This document shows, piece by piece, positions 1 through 11,620 of a stretch of 64,000 bases of DNA. Position 1 is the first letter of the stretch. Every line of letters begins with the position of its first letter. Made by a program: the position numbers and the translations under genes. Below the pieces are notes generated by a model. The model was not told where the DNA came from, did no database searches, and worked only from the letters and a program-made list of their open reading frames with translations. The stretch comes from an uncultured delta proteobacterium (GTDB taxonomy: Bacteria; Myxococcota_A; Polyangia; Polyangiales; JAFGIB01): assembly GCA_963778655.1 (NCBI GenBank), contig CAVZVA010000005.1, positions 576,001-640,000 on the forward strand, read 5' to 3'.

Positions 1-88
1 GGCAATCGAGGATCCCGTGCTCTCCGCGAGGCGCGTCGCGCCAAACCGCGCGCGACGCCGGGCGAGGGACCCCGCAGCGAGGACGAAC

Positions 89-2758
<2,670 letters not shown>

Positions 2759-2791
2759 CGCCGTCCCGCAAGCGTCGCTGCCGAAGCTGCA

Positions 2792-2870
2792 ACAGGAAGG
2801 CGCGAAGGCTGGAAGAAAGAGAGCTCTGAGCTTCCCGTCTTCCTGTGAATTCGGTTCGGATGGGAAGCTC
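2792..2870. repeat. Intergenic GAAG/CTTC palindrome (REP-like, possible terminator) between convergent genes
   Basis: ACAGGAAGGCGCGAAG...CTTCCCGTCTTCCTGT imperfect inverted repeat; related copies at 21193-21248 and 46989-47034. Confidence 0.6.
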
Positions 2871-2879
2871 GCGGGGGAG

Positions 2880-3542
2880 CTACTGCAGCATCGAGGTCAC
2901 GATCGGCAGGTGCGCATCGGTGACCGCGCCCGAGCGCACGCAGCGCACGTGCGCGGTGTCGTCGACGAACACGTGGATCGGCAAACCGGCGCCGCTGTCG
3001 AGCCCGAGCTCCGCGATGTAGGGCGCCAGCGCAGCCGCGTTCGCGATCTTCAGCGTCTCAGGCACGTTCGGGTGCTGCGCGCGAAACGCGGCGATGGTCT
3101 GCGCATCCTCGTCCACCGACACGAAGCGCAGGTCGATCGCCTTGCCCTTGGCGGCGAGCTGCTTCTGCCAGCCCGCGATCATGGGCAGCTCCTGCACGCA
3201 CGGCTTGCACCAGGTGGCCCACAGGTTGAGCCACAACAGGTGGTGAGCGGCGGGCGGCGGGGCAGCGGCGCCGTCGAGCGGCGGCATGTGGAACGCGCGA
3301 CCCTGGCCCACCGCCGCATGGCTGTCGCAGAAACCCGCGAGCGGATCAGTGGCCGCCGCCTTGGGGGCCACGGCTTCCACGCGGCTCGCGGGCGGGGGCG
3401 GCGCTGCGCTCGAGTCGCCGCCATCGCAGGCCGCAAGCCCACACGCAAGCCCGATCACCAGCGCCCCAGCCCAAAGTGAGCGCAGCGTACCCCGCCGGGG
3501 CGGGGAGGGCGCGTGCCCCTCCCGTTGAGCTAGAGCGTGCAA
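2880..3542 (-). CDS. TlpA/ResA-family thiol-disulfide oxidoreductase lipoprotein (start uncertain)
   Basis: NLWATWCKPCVQELP thioredoxin motif, cis-Pro region GLPIHVFVD, lipobox LAAC. Confidence 0.85.
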   Translation of the reverse strand: MHALAQREGHAPSPPRRGTLRSLWAGALVIGLACGLAACDGGDSSAAPPPPASRVEAVAPKAAATDPLAGFCDSHAAVGQGRAFHMPPLDGAAAPPPAAHHLLWLNLWATWCKPCVQELPMIAGWQKQLAAKGKAIDLRFVSVDEDAQTIAAFRAQHPNVPETLKIANAAALAPYIAELGLDSGAGLPIHVFVDDTAHVRCVRSGAVTDAHLPIVTSMLQ

Positions 3543-4228
3543 TCGATCCACGTGATGAAGGCGCTCCGGTTGAGCTCTTGGGCTTGGCACTCGCCCGGGT
3601 TGCCGCTGCGTTTCCACTGACAGAAGCTGGGGTCGAGCTGAGCGTACTCCTCGCCCAGCCACAGCAGGCCCACCTGCTGTTGTAGATCGGGATCCTGGAA
3701 GGTGTCCTGCAGGTGTTTGAGCACGGATTCAGCGCGCGCGCGCGACAGCTCGCGGTTGAAGCCCTCGGCGCCCTCGGGCGAGGCCCGGGCCACCACGAAG
3801 AAGTAGCTCGCACCCCTGCGGTCGGCGAAGATCGAGTCGATCAGCGCGGTCGCATTGGCGTCGAGGTCGTGCGACTCCTTGTCGAACTGCACGATCGCTC
3901 CGCGGTCCTTCATCGGCAGGAACAGCGAGTTGAAGTCCCCGCCGCTCATGGTCGCGACGTTCTTGGCGTCGACCGGCTGGCAGCCGCGCCCGCCGCCGCT
4001 GCTGAGCAGGCCGCAGCTCTGCAGCACGCGGCGCAGCACCTGCTTGAGCTCCGGCGTGCAATAGGCTTCGTTGGCTTCGGCCGCGACCGCGACCTTGGCC
4101 GGGCCCGCCTGGGCGGCCGCCTCGGCTGCGGCCAGCCGCGCCTTGGCCGCTTGTGTCCATGCTCGCACCAGCACCGCGGGCAGCAGCATCAGAACCAGGG
4201 CGAGCAGCAGCGAGAGGGTTCGCGTCAT
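3530..4228 (-). CDS. Exported OmpA-like C-terminal domain protein with 6 Cys
   Basis: Signal peptide; VQFDKESHDL...ARASPEG...FNRELSRARAESV...LNR resembles the OmpA_C fold. Confidence 0.65.
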   Translation of the reverse strand: MTRTLSLLLALVLMLLPAVLVRAWTQAAKARLAAAEAAAQAGPAKVAVAAEANEAYCTPELKQVLRRVLQSCGLLSSGGGRGCQPVDAKNVATMSGGDFNSLFLPMKDRGAIVQFDKESHDLDANATALIDSIFADRRGASYFFVVARASPEGAEGFNRELSRARAESVLKHLQDTFQDPDLQQQVGLLWLGEEYAQLDPSFCQWKRSGNPGECQAQELNRSAFITWIDCTL

Positions 4229-4240
4229 GGTGAGCACACC

Positions 4241-5461
4241 TCAGGGCGCGGTCGCGCCCGCCGGGCCGGAACGGGCCTGCGCCATCAGACGCGGCAGCGC
4301 GAAGTCGAGGCCGAGATCGGTATCCTCGTCGCACAGCCGCAGCCCCTGGACGAATACCTGGGGCGTCAGCACCTGCAGCTTGTTCTTGACCGCGTAGCGC
4401 AGCGCGACGTTCAGCCGTGCGCGCGCCGATGCGCTGCCCACGCAGCGCGCGAGGTCGGGAAACTGCTCGGAGACCATGCGCGCGGCGGCCTTGGGGTCAG
4501 CGCGTGTGGCTTCGACGATCGCTTCCTGGTTCTTGAACGACCAGGCCAGCACCTCGTCGGCGCGCTGGCCCGCGCACAGCACCGCCTCGCTGATGCTGCA
4601 CGCGCCCGGGTGCACGGCCTCGCCCACCATCCAGTTGCAGGCGTTGTCCAGCGGAAACAGCAGCGCGCGGCGGCTCAGCTCAAGCCGCGCGTCCATCTGC
4701 GAGAAGCGGGCCTCGAAGCCGCGGCACGAGGGGCACAGCGGGTCGAGCACCTCGATCATGGAGAGAGGTCTGTCTTGCGGGCCGATCGGCACCAGGGCTT
4801 GTCCAGCGTCGGGCTGGGCGAGCTTGCCGCAGTGGCCGACGTAGCGCGCGAAGTCGGGTGCCGACATCGCGTAGGTGCTCACCGGAATCGCGACAAACAG
4901 CACGCCCACGCCGAATGCGAGCACCAGCGCGGCCCCGTCGACCCGCGGATTGCCCGCGGTGGTGCGCAGGCGCCGGGCTCCGAGCCAGAGCAGCAACCCG
5001 GCCACGAACGCGGTGGTGCTCGAGAGGTAAATGCCGATGCAGAGCTTGCACGCGGCGTGCAGATCGATGAGCGAGATGTAGGCCATCACCAGCGACGCGC
5101 CGGCGGGCAGCAGGGTCGCGGCGAACGTGAAGGCGGTCGCGTTGGTATCGCGCTCGTGGCCGCGCAGCATCAGCCAGCTGGCCCAGAACGCGAGAAAGCA
5201 GAACACGCACATCGCCGGCAGCGAGATCGGGATGCCGCCCCAGATCGCGCTGCGCAGCACGGACGAGTAGGGGCTCATCAGCGTGACATGGCAACCGCTG
5301 TTGCCGCTTTCGGCGGCGGTCAGCCCGGGCAGGAACGAGCAGTGGATGCCGTGCACCTGACGGTCGAGGTGCGCGGTGAAGTCGTAGGTGGAGACGGCGG
5401 CAAACGCGAAGCCGGCAAGGGCTGCGACGAGGAGCAGCGCCGTCATCGGGCGGGGGCGCAT
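4241..5461 (-). CDS. Vitamin K epoxide reductase (VKOR)-DsbA-like thioredoxin fusion
   Basis: VKOR loop Cys pair (HCS...GCHVTLMSPYS), TM helices and CKLC motif, followed by DPLCPSC and a TP cis-Pro thioredoxin domain. Confidence 0.85.
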   Translation of the reverse strand: MRPRPMTALLLVAALAGFAFAAVSTYDFTAHLDRQVHGIHCSFLPGLTAAESGNSGCHVTLMSPYSSVLRSAIWGGIPISLPAMCVFCFLAFWASWLMLRGHERDTNATAFTFAATLLPAGASLVMAYISLIDLHAACKLCIGIYLSSTTAFVAGLLLWLGARRLRTTAGNPRVDGAALVLAFGVGVLFVAIPVSTYAMSAPDFARYVGHCGKLAQPDAGQALVPIGPQDRPLSMIEVLDPLCPSCRGFEARFSQMDARLELSRRALLFPLDNACNWMVGEAVHPGACSISEAVLCAGQRADEVLAWSFKNQEAIVEATRADPKAAARMVSEQFPDLARCVGSASARARLNVALRYAVKNKLQVLTPQVFVQGLRLCDEDTDLGLDFALPRLMAQARSGPAGATAP

Positions 5462-5546
5462 GGCGAGACCCTGAGCTGAAGACCTGGCCGCGAAGGTAAG
5501 CCCCCGTTCTCCGCCTGGCAAGGCCCCCTGCTCTCCGCTCGCCGAA

Positions 5547-6404
5547 TCACTTGCCGCGCTTGCGCGCCCTCGCGATCACCACCTGTGTCTCGCTGTGCGC
5601 CGAGAGCGGGCCGAACACGAAGTCACCGTAGCGCTGCTCGATCTCGAAGCCGTTGTAGTGCAATAGCGCCTCGAGCTCCGCGGGGAAGAGCTGCCGCTGT
5701 GTGAGCGGCAGCGCGCGCCGCGAGGCTGGCTCGCCGGGCTGCTCGATCAGCATGGTCACGCTGCGGATCTGTCGCGCGACGTCGTAGTGCGATGCCTCGC
5801 TGTAGCGGTAGCGCCGTCCGCTGTCGGGGTCGCGCAGGTCCCGGCCTCGGTAGAGCCTTTCGGGGTCTTGGGCCAGCGCGCGCAGATCCGGCATCACCAC
5901 GTCGAACACCAGGCGCCCACCGCGCGCCAGGTGCCGCCGGCAGCCCGCAAGCGTGCGTTCGAGGTCGCTGCGCGAGTACAGATGATTGAAGGCGTTGAAC
6001 GGCGCTAGCACCAGCGCAAAGCGCCGCCTCAGCGAAAGCCGCCGCATGTCGCCGCGGCGCAACTCGATCCGGGCGCGAGCCCCTGCGGGCAGCTCGGCGA
6101 CGCGGGCGCGCGCGCGCGCAAGCATGCCGGCCATGGAGTCGACGCCGACCACCGCCACGCCGGCCCGCGCCAGCGCCAGCGCGACGCGCCCTGTGCCCAC
6201 GCCCAGCTCCAGCACCGGCCCGCCGTAGCGCTGCGCGAGCTGCGCATACAGTGCCACGTCGGCGCCGCGCCTGCGGTAGAGCGCATCGAACAGCGAGGGG
6301 TCTTGGTACAGCGCGATCGTGCCGTGGCGCAGCACGCGGGCGAGCGCGCGGTCGTGCTGCCGCTGCGCCGCGCGCGGGTCGGAAGGGACAGATCGTTTGC
6401 GCAT
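5547..6404 (-). CDS. Class I SAM-dependent methyltransferase
   Basis: VLELGVGTGR, VGVDS..ML, GDMR and LARGGRLVFD motifs. Confidence 0.9.
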   Translation of the reverse strand: MRKRSVPSDPRAAQRQHDRALARVLRHGTIALYQDPSLFDALYRRRGADVALYAQLAQRYGGPVLELGVGTGRVALALARAGVAVVGVDSMAGMLARARARVAELPAGARARIELRRGDMRRLSLRRRFALVLAPFNAFNHLYSRSDLERTLAGCRRHLARGGRLVFDVVMPDLRALAQDPERLYRGRDLRDPDSGRRYRYSEASHYDVARQIRSVTMLIEQPGEPASRRALPLTQRQLFPAELEALLHYNGFEIEQRYGDFVFGPLSAHSETQVVIARARKRGK

Positions 6405-6546
6405 GGCGCCTTTTCAGCCGGTCGTCGCGCGAGGGTATCTCAGCTGCAGCACGCTCGGGCCCGCGCCTTGCCGCGAGCACGGGCGCAGCGTAGCCTGAGC
6501 CGTTCGCAGCGCTAAGCCCCGAGTCCCTTCGCGCAAGGAAGTCACC

Positions 6547-6795
6547 GTGCCGACCATCGGATTGTCCGAGCTGCTCGTCATTTTGATGATCCTGTTGTTG
6601 GTGTTCGGGGGCTCGCGCTTGCCGCAGATCGGCGAGAGCCTCGGCAAGACCCTGCGGGGGTTCAAGCGCGGTCTGGCGCGGGACGACCGCATCGGAATCT
6701 CGGACGGCAAGCTCGCGCAGGGGCAGGAAGCGCCCGCCCCGAAGTCGTCCAAGTCCGAGGTCGAGGACGCGGACCTGATCGACAAGCCGCGCTGA
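6547..6795 (+). CDS. tatA: Twin-arginine translocase TatA/TatE subunit
   Basis: IGLSELLVILMILLLVFGGSRLPQIGESLGKTLRGFK signature. Confidence 0.93.
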   Translation: MPTIGLSELLVILMILLLVFGGSRLPQIGESLGKTLRGFKRGLARDDRIGISDGKLAQGQEAPAPKSSKSEVEDADLIDKPR

Positions 6796-6807
6796 CGCGC
6801 GGCATGG

Positions 6808-6826
6808 CCGCTTTCCTGAAAAGCGG
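6808..6826 (+). terminator. Short hairpin after tatA
   Basis: CCGCTTT...AAAGCGG stem; no clear U-tract. Confidence 0.35.
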
Positions 6827-6831
6827 GGGGG

Positions 6832-7002
6832 CTAGAGCACCGAACATATTGAAACACGCACGATTTCGGGGCCCGCGCGTGCGCATGGCACGCGCGCTCC
6901 CCGCTCGACGTAGGATGTACGACGCCTTGGGGCTTCCGCCCGCACCCTGCATCCTGCCATGACCCCGACTTCGCACACGTTTCAATATGTTCGGTGCTCT
7001 AG
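6832..7002. mobile_element. MITE-like non-autonomous element, 171 bp, perfect 24-bp terminal inverted repeats
   Basis: CTAGAGCACCGAACATATTGAAAC (6832-6855) is the exact reverse complement of GTTTCAATATGTTCGGTGCTCTAG (6979-7002); no credible internal gene. Confidence 0.7.
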
Positions 7003-7005
7003 TTT

Positions 7006-7767
7006 CTAGTGCACCGTCGTGGACTCGGTCTTGCCGATCAGGCGGCGGCAGGCCTCGCGCAGATCTGCGTGCAGCTCGCTGGCCGCGAGCAGGCGGCGCA
7101 GGTCCTGCGCCTGCAGGTGGGGCGCCAGCTGCAGCGCGATGTCGAGCGGTGTGTAGGGATTGAGCGCGAGCGCGGTCTTGATCTGGTAGCGCACCACCCA
7201 ACGCGCGCTACGGAACACCTCGCGCAACACCTCGGTGGAGACTGGCCGGCGCGCGCACAAGCGCACCACCTCGCTTTCGGTCAGCGCGGGATTGCCCAAC
7301 AGGATGCGCATCACGTGCGGGTGAGGGTCGCGCAGGCAGCGCGCGATCAGCTCGCGATCGTTGCGCCGAGCGAGCGACTTGCGTTCACCCAGCGTGAGCG
7401 TGCGGCCCTTGCCGAAGTCGGGGACGCGCTGGGTCTCGGCGTCCTCTGCCACCTGCTCCTGCTGCAGCGCGCGCGCCAGCACCGGCAGCTGGCGCGCCTC
7501 CAGCACGGCCCCCACCGCCCTTCGCAGCCCGTCACAAAGCTCGTCGGCGAGCGCCAGCGAGATGGCTTGCAGCAGCCGCACGTGCTTGGGGCGCCGCCCT
7601 TCGGCGCCCAGCATGGCGACCGTGAACAGGTCGGCCACCTGTTCGGGGCGCTTGGAGAGCAGCGCGTGCCGGATGTAGCTGACACGCAAGCCGTGATCGG
7701 CCAGAGAGTCCGCCGACCGCGCCAGCGCCTCGAACTCCGTCTGGGCGGAAGACATCTGCGATGACAT
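7006..7767 (-). CDS. Conserved hypothetical helical-repeat protein
   Basis: LTLGERKSLAR...LLGNPALTESEVVRL...RYQIKTALALNPYTP pattern recalled from deltaproteobacterial hypothetical proteins; codon usage fits. Confidence 0.75.
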   Translation of the reverse strand: MSSQMSSAQTEFEALARSADSLADHGLRVSYIRHALLSKRPEQVADLFTVAMLGAEGRRPKHVRLLQAISLALADELCDGLRRAVGAVLEARQLPVLARALQQEQVAEDAETQRVPDFGKGRTLTLGERKSLARRNDRELIARCLRDPHPHVMRILLGNPALTESEVVRLCARRPVSTEVLREVFRSARWVVRYQIKTALALNPYTPLDIALQLAPHLQAQDLRRLLAASELHADLREACRRLIGKTESTTVH

Positions 7768-7977
7768 GGTGCCCCGAGCCTCGGCGCCATGCCAGCAGCT
7801 CGACCCGCGCATCCGGCCCGCAGGCAGCCTGCCCGGGGCCGCCCCGAGCGCCGCTGGGCCGGGGCGCGCAGCGGCCTGCCGCCCCGCCCCGGGACCCGTG
7901 GCAGGCCCAGCTGCCGAGCCCGGCCGCTAGCGTAACCCCATGAAACGGCTACACTAAACAAGCAGGTCCACCCGGCT

Positions 7978-8004
7978 GAAATAGACCGCCGGGGCGGACG
8001 GTTG
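7978..8004 (+). promoter_or_regulatory. Candidate SigR/SigH-type ECF promoter
   Basis: GAAAT-N18-GTTG just upstream of the ECF sigma gene, close to the GGAAT-N18-GTT consensus. Confidence 0.5.
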
Positions 8005-8023
8005 AAGCAAGGGAGCGGAAGTC

Positions 8024-8677
8024 ATGAGTTGGCTGGGCACGGGCACGAGACGCGATCCAATGCGGGAGCAGTTTGACGCCGAGGTTCTCCCGAACCTGGA
8101 CGTGCTCTACACCAATGCCCTGCGCTTGACCCATGCCCAGGCCGACGCCGAGGACCTGGTCCAGGAGACGGTGCTGCGGGCGTTCCGCTTCTTCGATCGC
8201 TTCGAGCGCGGCACCAACGTCAAGGCCTGGCTGCTGCGGATCCAATACAACACCTTTGTCAATCGCTACCGCCGCTCGACCAAGGAGCGCGAGATCAAAG
8301 ACAGCATGAGCCACGAGCCCAGCGGGGAGGACGTGGTCTCGCGGGACGCGCTGCGTGCGCTCACCGATCCCACCGGCACCGCCTTGCGGCCGCTGGTGGC
8401 GCGCGAGATCGACGCCGCGCTGGCCGCGCTGCCCGAAGAGCACCGCCTGGTGGTGGTGCTCGCCGATGTCGAGGAGCTCAGTTACAAGGAGATCGCCGAG
8501 GTGCTGGGCTGTCCCATCGGCACCGTGATGTCCCGGCTGCACCGCGCGCGGCGCGCGCTGCGCGGCCACCTTTTGGAATACGCCCGCCCGTCCGCAGCGG
8601 CCCAGCCGGCGCCCGCGGAGCAGGAGGCGGGTGCCGTGTCGCTCGAAGCCTACCGGCGCGAGCACAAGGCGCGATGA
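8024..8677 (+). CDS. ECF sigma factor, SigR/SigH-like (alternative ATG at 8060)
   Basis: DAEDLVQET...GTNVKAWL..I..NTFVNRYR (sigma2) and SYKEIAEVLGCPIGTVMSRLHRAR (sigma4). Confidence 0.93.
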   Translation: MSWLGTGTRRDPMREQFDAEVLPNLDVLYTNALRLTHAQADAEDLVQETVLRAFRFFDRFERGTNVKAWLLRIQYNTFVNRYRRSTKEREIKDSMSHEPSGEDVVSRDALRALTDPTGTALRPLVAREIDAALAALPEEHRLVVVLADVEELSYKEIAEVLGCPIGTVMSRLHRARRALRGHLLEYARPSAAAQPAPAEQEAGAVSLEAYRREHKAR

Positions 8678-8691
8678 CGAAGGTGTAAGTG

Positions 8692-9525
8692 ATGGACTGC
8701 AAGCTACTGCGCGCCCACTTGGATGCCTACGCGGACGGCGAGCTCGAAGCCACCCCGGTGATCGAGTTCGAGCAGCATCTCGATAGCTGCGCTGCCTGCC
8801 GCAACGAGCTCGCCCTGACGCGGTTGCTGCAACAAGGCGTGCGCCGTCTGGAGAGCCCGGCGGCGCCCGCCTCGTTGAGACGGCGCGTGGCGGTCGCCCT
8901 GGACGAGGCTGCGGTGGGCGAGGACGGCCAACACGGCCGCGGGCCCTGGGCGTCGGTGCTGGCGGTCGCGGCGGCCTTGATGCTCGCGGTCGGCGCGGCC
9001 GTGCGCTCGGACAGCACCAGCCCGGTGGGGCATGAGGGTGTGGCCACGGCCGATGTCGCGCCGCTCGGGGTGCTGGGCGACATCGTGGCCCGGCACATGG
9101 ACCAGCTGCCCGCGGATATCGCCGCGGACCGTCCCGAACAGGTGGCAAGCTGGTCGAGCGGCAAGGTCGGATTTCGCGTGCGCTCGGTTGAATTTACCGA
9201 GCCGCAGGTGCGCCTGCTGGGCGCTCGGGTCTCGCACATCGGCGCGCAGCAAGCGGTCAAGCTCTACTACAGTGTCGGGCATAGCCCGCTGACGACGTTG
9301 GAGTTCCAGGCACCGCCGTCGCTGGAGCGGGCGCTGCACGACGACCGGCTGATGGCGCGCTGGGGCGGGCACCGCCAGCGCTTCGGCACGCGCGTGGTCA
9401 CGTACCACAACATACACGGCTACACGGTGCCGATCGTGGAGCAGGACGGCATCGCGTACGCCTTCGCGGGCGACCTGGATCAACATCGGCTGCTGCAGCT
9501 GGTCGCCTCCGCGAGGCTACCCTAG
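8692..9525 (+). CDS. Zinc-binding (ZAS, zf-HC2) transmembrane anti-sigma factor
   Basis: HLDSCAAC (HxxxCxxC), one TM segment, directly downstream of the ECF sigma gene. Confidence 0.88.
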   Translation: MDCKLLRAHLDAYADGELEATPVIEFEQHLDSCAACRNELALTRLLQQGVRRLESPAAPASLRRRVAVALDEAAVGEDGQHGRGPWASVLAVAAALMLAVGAAVRSDSTSPVGHEGVATADVAPLGVLGDIVARHMDQLPADIAADRPEQVASWSSGKVGFRVRSVEFTEPQVRLLGARVSHIGAQQAVKLYYSVGHSPLTTLEFQAPPSLERALHDDRLMARWGGHRQRFGTRVVTYHNIHGYTVPIVEQDGIAYAFAGDLDQHRLLQLVASARLP

Positions 9526-9674
9526 GCGCTCCACGCAAAGCGCGGCGGGGACTACTAACCGCCCGAAACTCTTTCGTGTTTGGGCTCTCTCGAGTTGACA
9601 CTGAAGAGCCGTGACCACTATCCTGAGCGGCACGCCCGAGGCGCTGCGGCGCGCGCATCGGCCGGAGGACCAGG

Positions 9675-11594
9675 ATGGGTCAGCGCATTCTTCTTTTCGA
9701 GAACGACCCCGGATTCGCGCGCGAGGTTCGTGAGCGCTTCGAAGCGCTCGGCGCCACCGTCGACGTCGCGGGAGACGGACCCCAGGGCCTCGACATGGCC
9801 ACGGCCAACAGGCCTGACCTGATCCTGTTATCGATCGAGCTGCCCGGGATGAACGGCTTCCTGGTTTGCAAGAAGCTCAAGAAGCAAGACGGCCTGCAAG
9901 AGGTGCCTTTGCTGATTCTTTCGAGCGAGGCGACCGAGGACGTGTTCGAGCAGCACAAGAAGCTGCGCACGCGGGCGGAGGACTACCTGCACAAGCCGAT
10001 CGCGTTCGCGGACCTGCTCGAGCGCGTCAAGCAATGGGTGAACCTCGAGACCAACGGCGTGAGCGCGGCGGACGCGGACGACGACGACGAGGTGGTGGAG
10101 ATCGCCGAGCTCGACGAGGAAGAAGTGATCCTCGTCTCCGAAGACAGTCAGCCTCCCGCGGCGAACGTGGAGGCCGCGGACTCCGCGTCGTTTGCCGAGC
10201 AGGCGGTGGACGCGCTGCTCGCCGATGATGGCGATGACGGCCCGCCCACGGTCGCGTCGATGCCGCCGATCGCGCCGCCTCCCGCGGCCAGTGCCGCGCG
10301 CGGGTCGAGCCCCGGGCTGTATGCGGCTTCGCCCGCGGCGGAGCCGGTGACCGCCGTCGCGCCAGGCATGAGCGCGGAGCTCTCGCGTGCGCAGCAGGAT
10401 CTGCAGCAGGCGCAGGCGCGGCTGGAGCAGCTCGAGGCCGAGCTCAACCAGGCCGAGCGGCGCGCGGGTGACGCGGAGCAGGAGCTGCAGGCCGCGAAGC
10501 AGCGCGCGAGCGCGGCCGAGCGCTCGCTGGCCGACGCGGGCAAGAAGGGCGGCGTCTCGAGCCGGGACTTCCTCGACCTGCGCGAGCAGCTCAACCGCAA
10601 GGACCGCGAGCTGCTCGGTTTGCGCGATCAGGTCAGCTCCCGCGACAAGCAGCTGATCGAGCAGAGCGACAAGGGCCTCACGCTCGAGCGCCAGCTGGCC
10701 GACCAGAGCGACCGCAACATCGAGCTGCAGCGCGAGCTAGAGAAGGCCAACGAGACCAACGAGATGCTGCAGGCCGACAAGGAGGGCGCGCGCAAGCGCC
10801 TGGACGACTTGAGGGCACGGCTGGAGCGCGCGGAGGCCAAGAGCCGCGACCTCAACGACGAGCTCAACGGCATCAAGACCTCGCATGCCGGTGAGATCGA
10901 GGCGTTGCAGCAGCGCCAGGCCGAGGCCAGCGCGAGCACGGCGGCCGCGCACGCGGAGGCCACCGACGAGCTCAAGCGCCAGCACGCCGCGGTGCTCGAC
11001 GCCCTGCGCAGGGCCCACGCCGGTGAGCTGGCGGAGCAGCACGAGGAGCACGAGGTGGCCGTCGCCGCGCTGCGCGAGAAGGCCGAGCAGGAGCGGGAGG
11101 GCGCGCTCGCCGGGTTGCGCAGCGAGCTGGAGACGCAGGCCGCGCAGCGGCTTGCCGATCAGCAGCGCGAGCACGAGGCCATGGTGTCGCAGGCGCTCTC
11201 GGCGCACGAGAGCGAGCTGGCCAACACGCGCCAGAGCCTGCAGGACAAGCACAGCGCAGAGCTCCGGCAGACCAACGACCGCTACCAGCAGGAGCTGGCG
11301 CGCGTGGGCCGGGCGCTCGCGGAGTTCGAGACCAAGCAGCAGCTGCTCGAGGATCAGCTCGAAGAAGCGGAATCGGCGAAGGCCGACGCGCACGCGCGCC
11401 TGGCGCGCGTCACCAGCGAGCGCGACCAGAAAGCCGAGCTCGGGGAGGAGCTGCAAGCGCAGCTCGACCATCTGCTGGCGCAGCGCAACGCGAACGAGCA
11501 GATGCTCGAGCGCGTGCGCAAGGCGCTGGCCATCGGCCTGAGCCTGGTCGAGGAGCATAGGCGAGCGGAGCTCGACGAGCAGGCCGACAGCTAG
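9675..11594 (+). CDS. FrzS/AglZ-like pseudo-receiver plus long coiled-coil protein
   Basis: N-terminal receiver with Ser at the phospho-Asp position (DLILLSIELP), QHKKLRTRAEDYLHKP motif, acidic/Pro linker, about 400 aa of coiled coil. Confidence 0.8.
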   Translation: MGQRILLFENDPGFAREVRERFEALGATVDVAGDGPQGLDMATANRPDLILLSIELPGMNGFLVCKKLKKQDGLQEVPLLILSSEATEDVFEQHKKLRTRAEDYLHKPIAFADLLERVKQWVNLETNGVSAADADDDDEVVEIAELDEEEVILVSEDSQPPAANVEAADSASFAEQAVDALLADDGDDGPPTVASMPPIAPPPAASAARGSSPGLYAASPAAEPVTAVAPGMSAELSRAQQDLQQAQARLEQLEAELNQAERRAGDAEQELQAAKQRASAAERSLADAGKKGGVSSRDFLDLREQLNRKDRELLGLRDQVSSRDKQLIEQSDKGLTLERQLADQSDRNIELQRELEKANETNEMLQADKEGARKRLDDLRARLERAEAKSRDLNDELNGIKTSHAGEIEALQQRQAEASASTAAAHAEATDELKRQHAAVLDALRRAHAGELAEQHEEHEVAVAALREKAEQEREGALAGLRSELETQAAQRLADQQREHEAMVSQALSAHESELANTRQSLQDKHSAELRQTNDRYQQELARVGRALAEFETKQQLLEDQLEEAESAKADAHARLARVTSERDQKAELGEELQAQLDHLLAQRNANEQMLERVRKALAIGLSLVEEHRRAELDEQADS

Positions 11595-11597
11595 AGC

Positions 11598-11613
11598 TTC
11601 CGCTCGGAAGCGC
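11598..11613. terminator. Short hairpin between convergent genes
   Basis: GCTTCC-GCTC-GGAAGC. Confidence 0.3.
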
Positions 11614-11620
11614 CCAGGAG

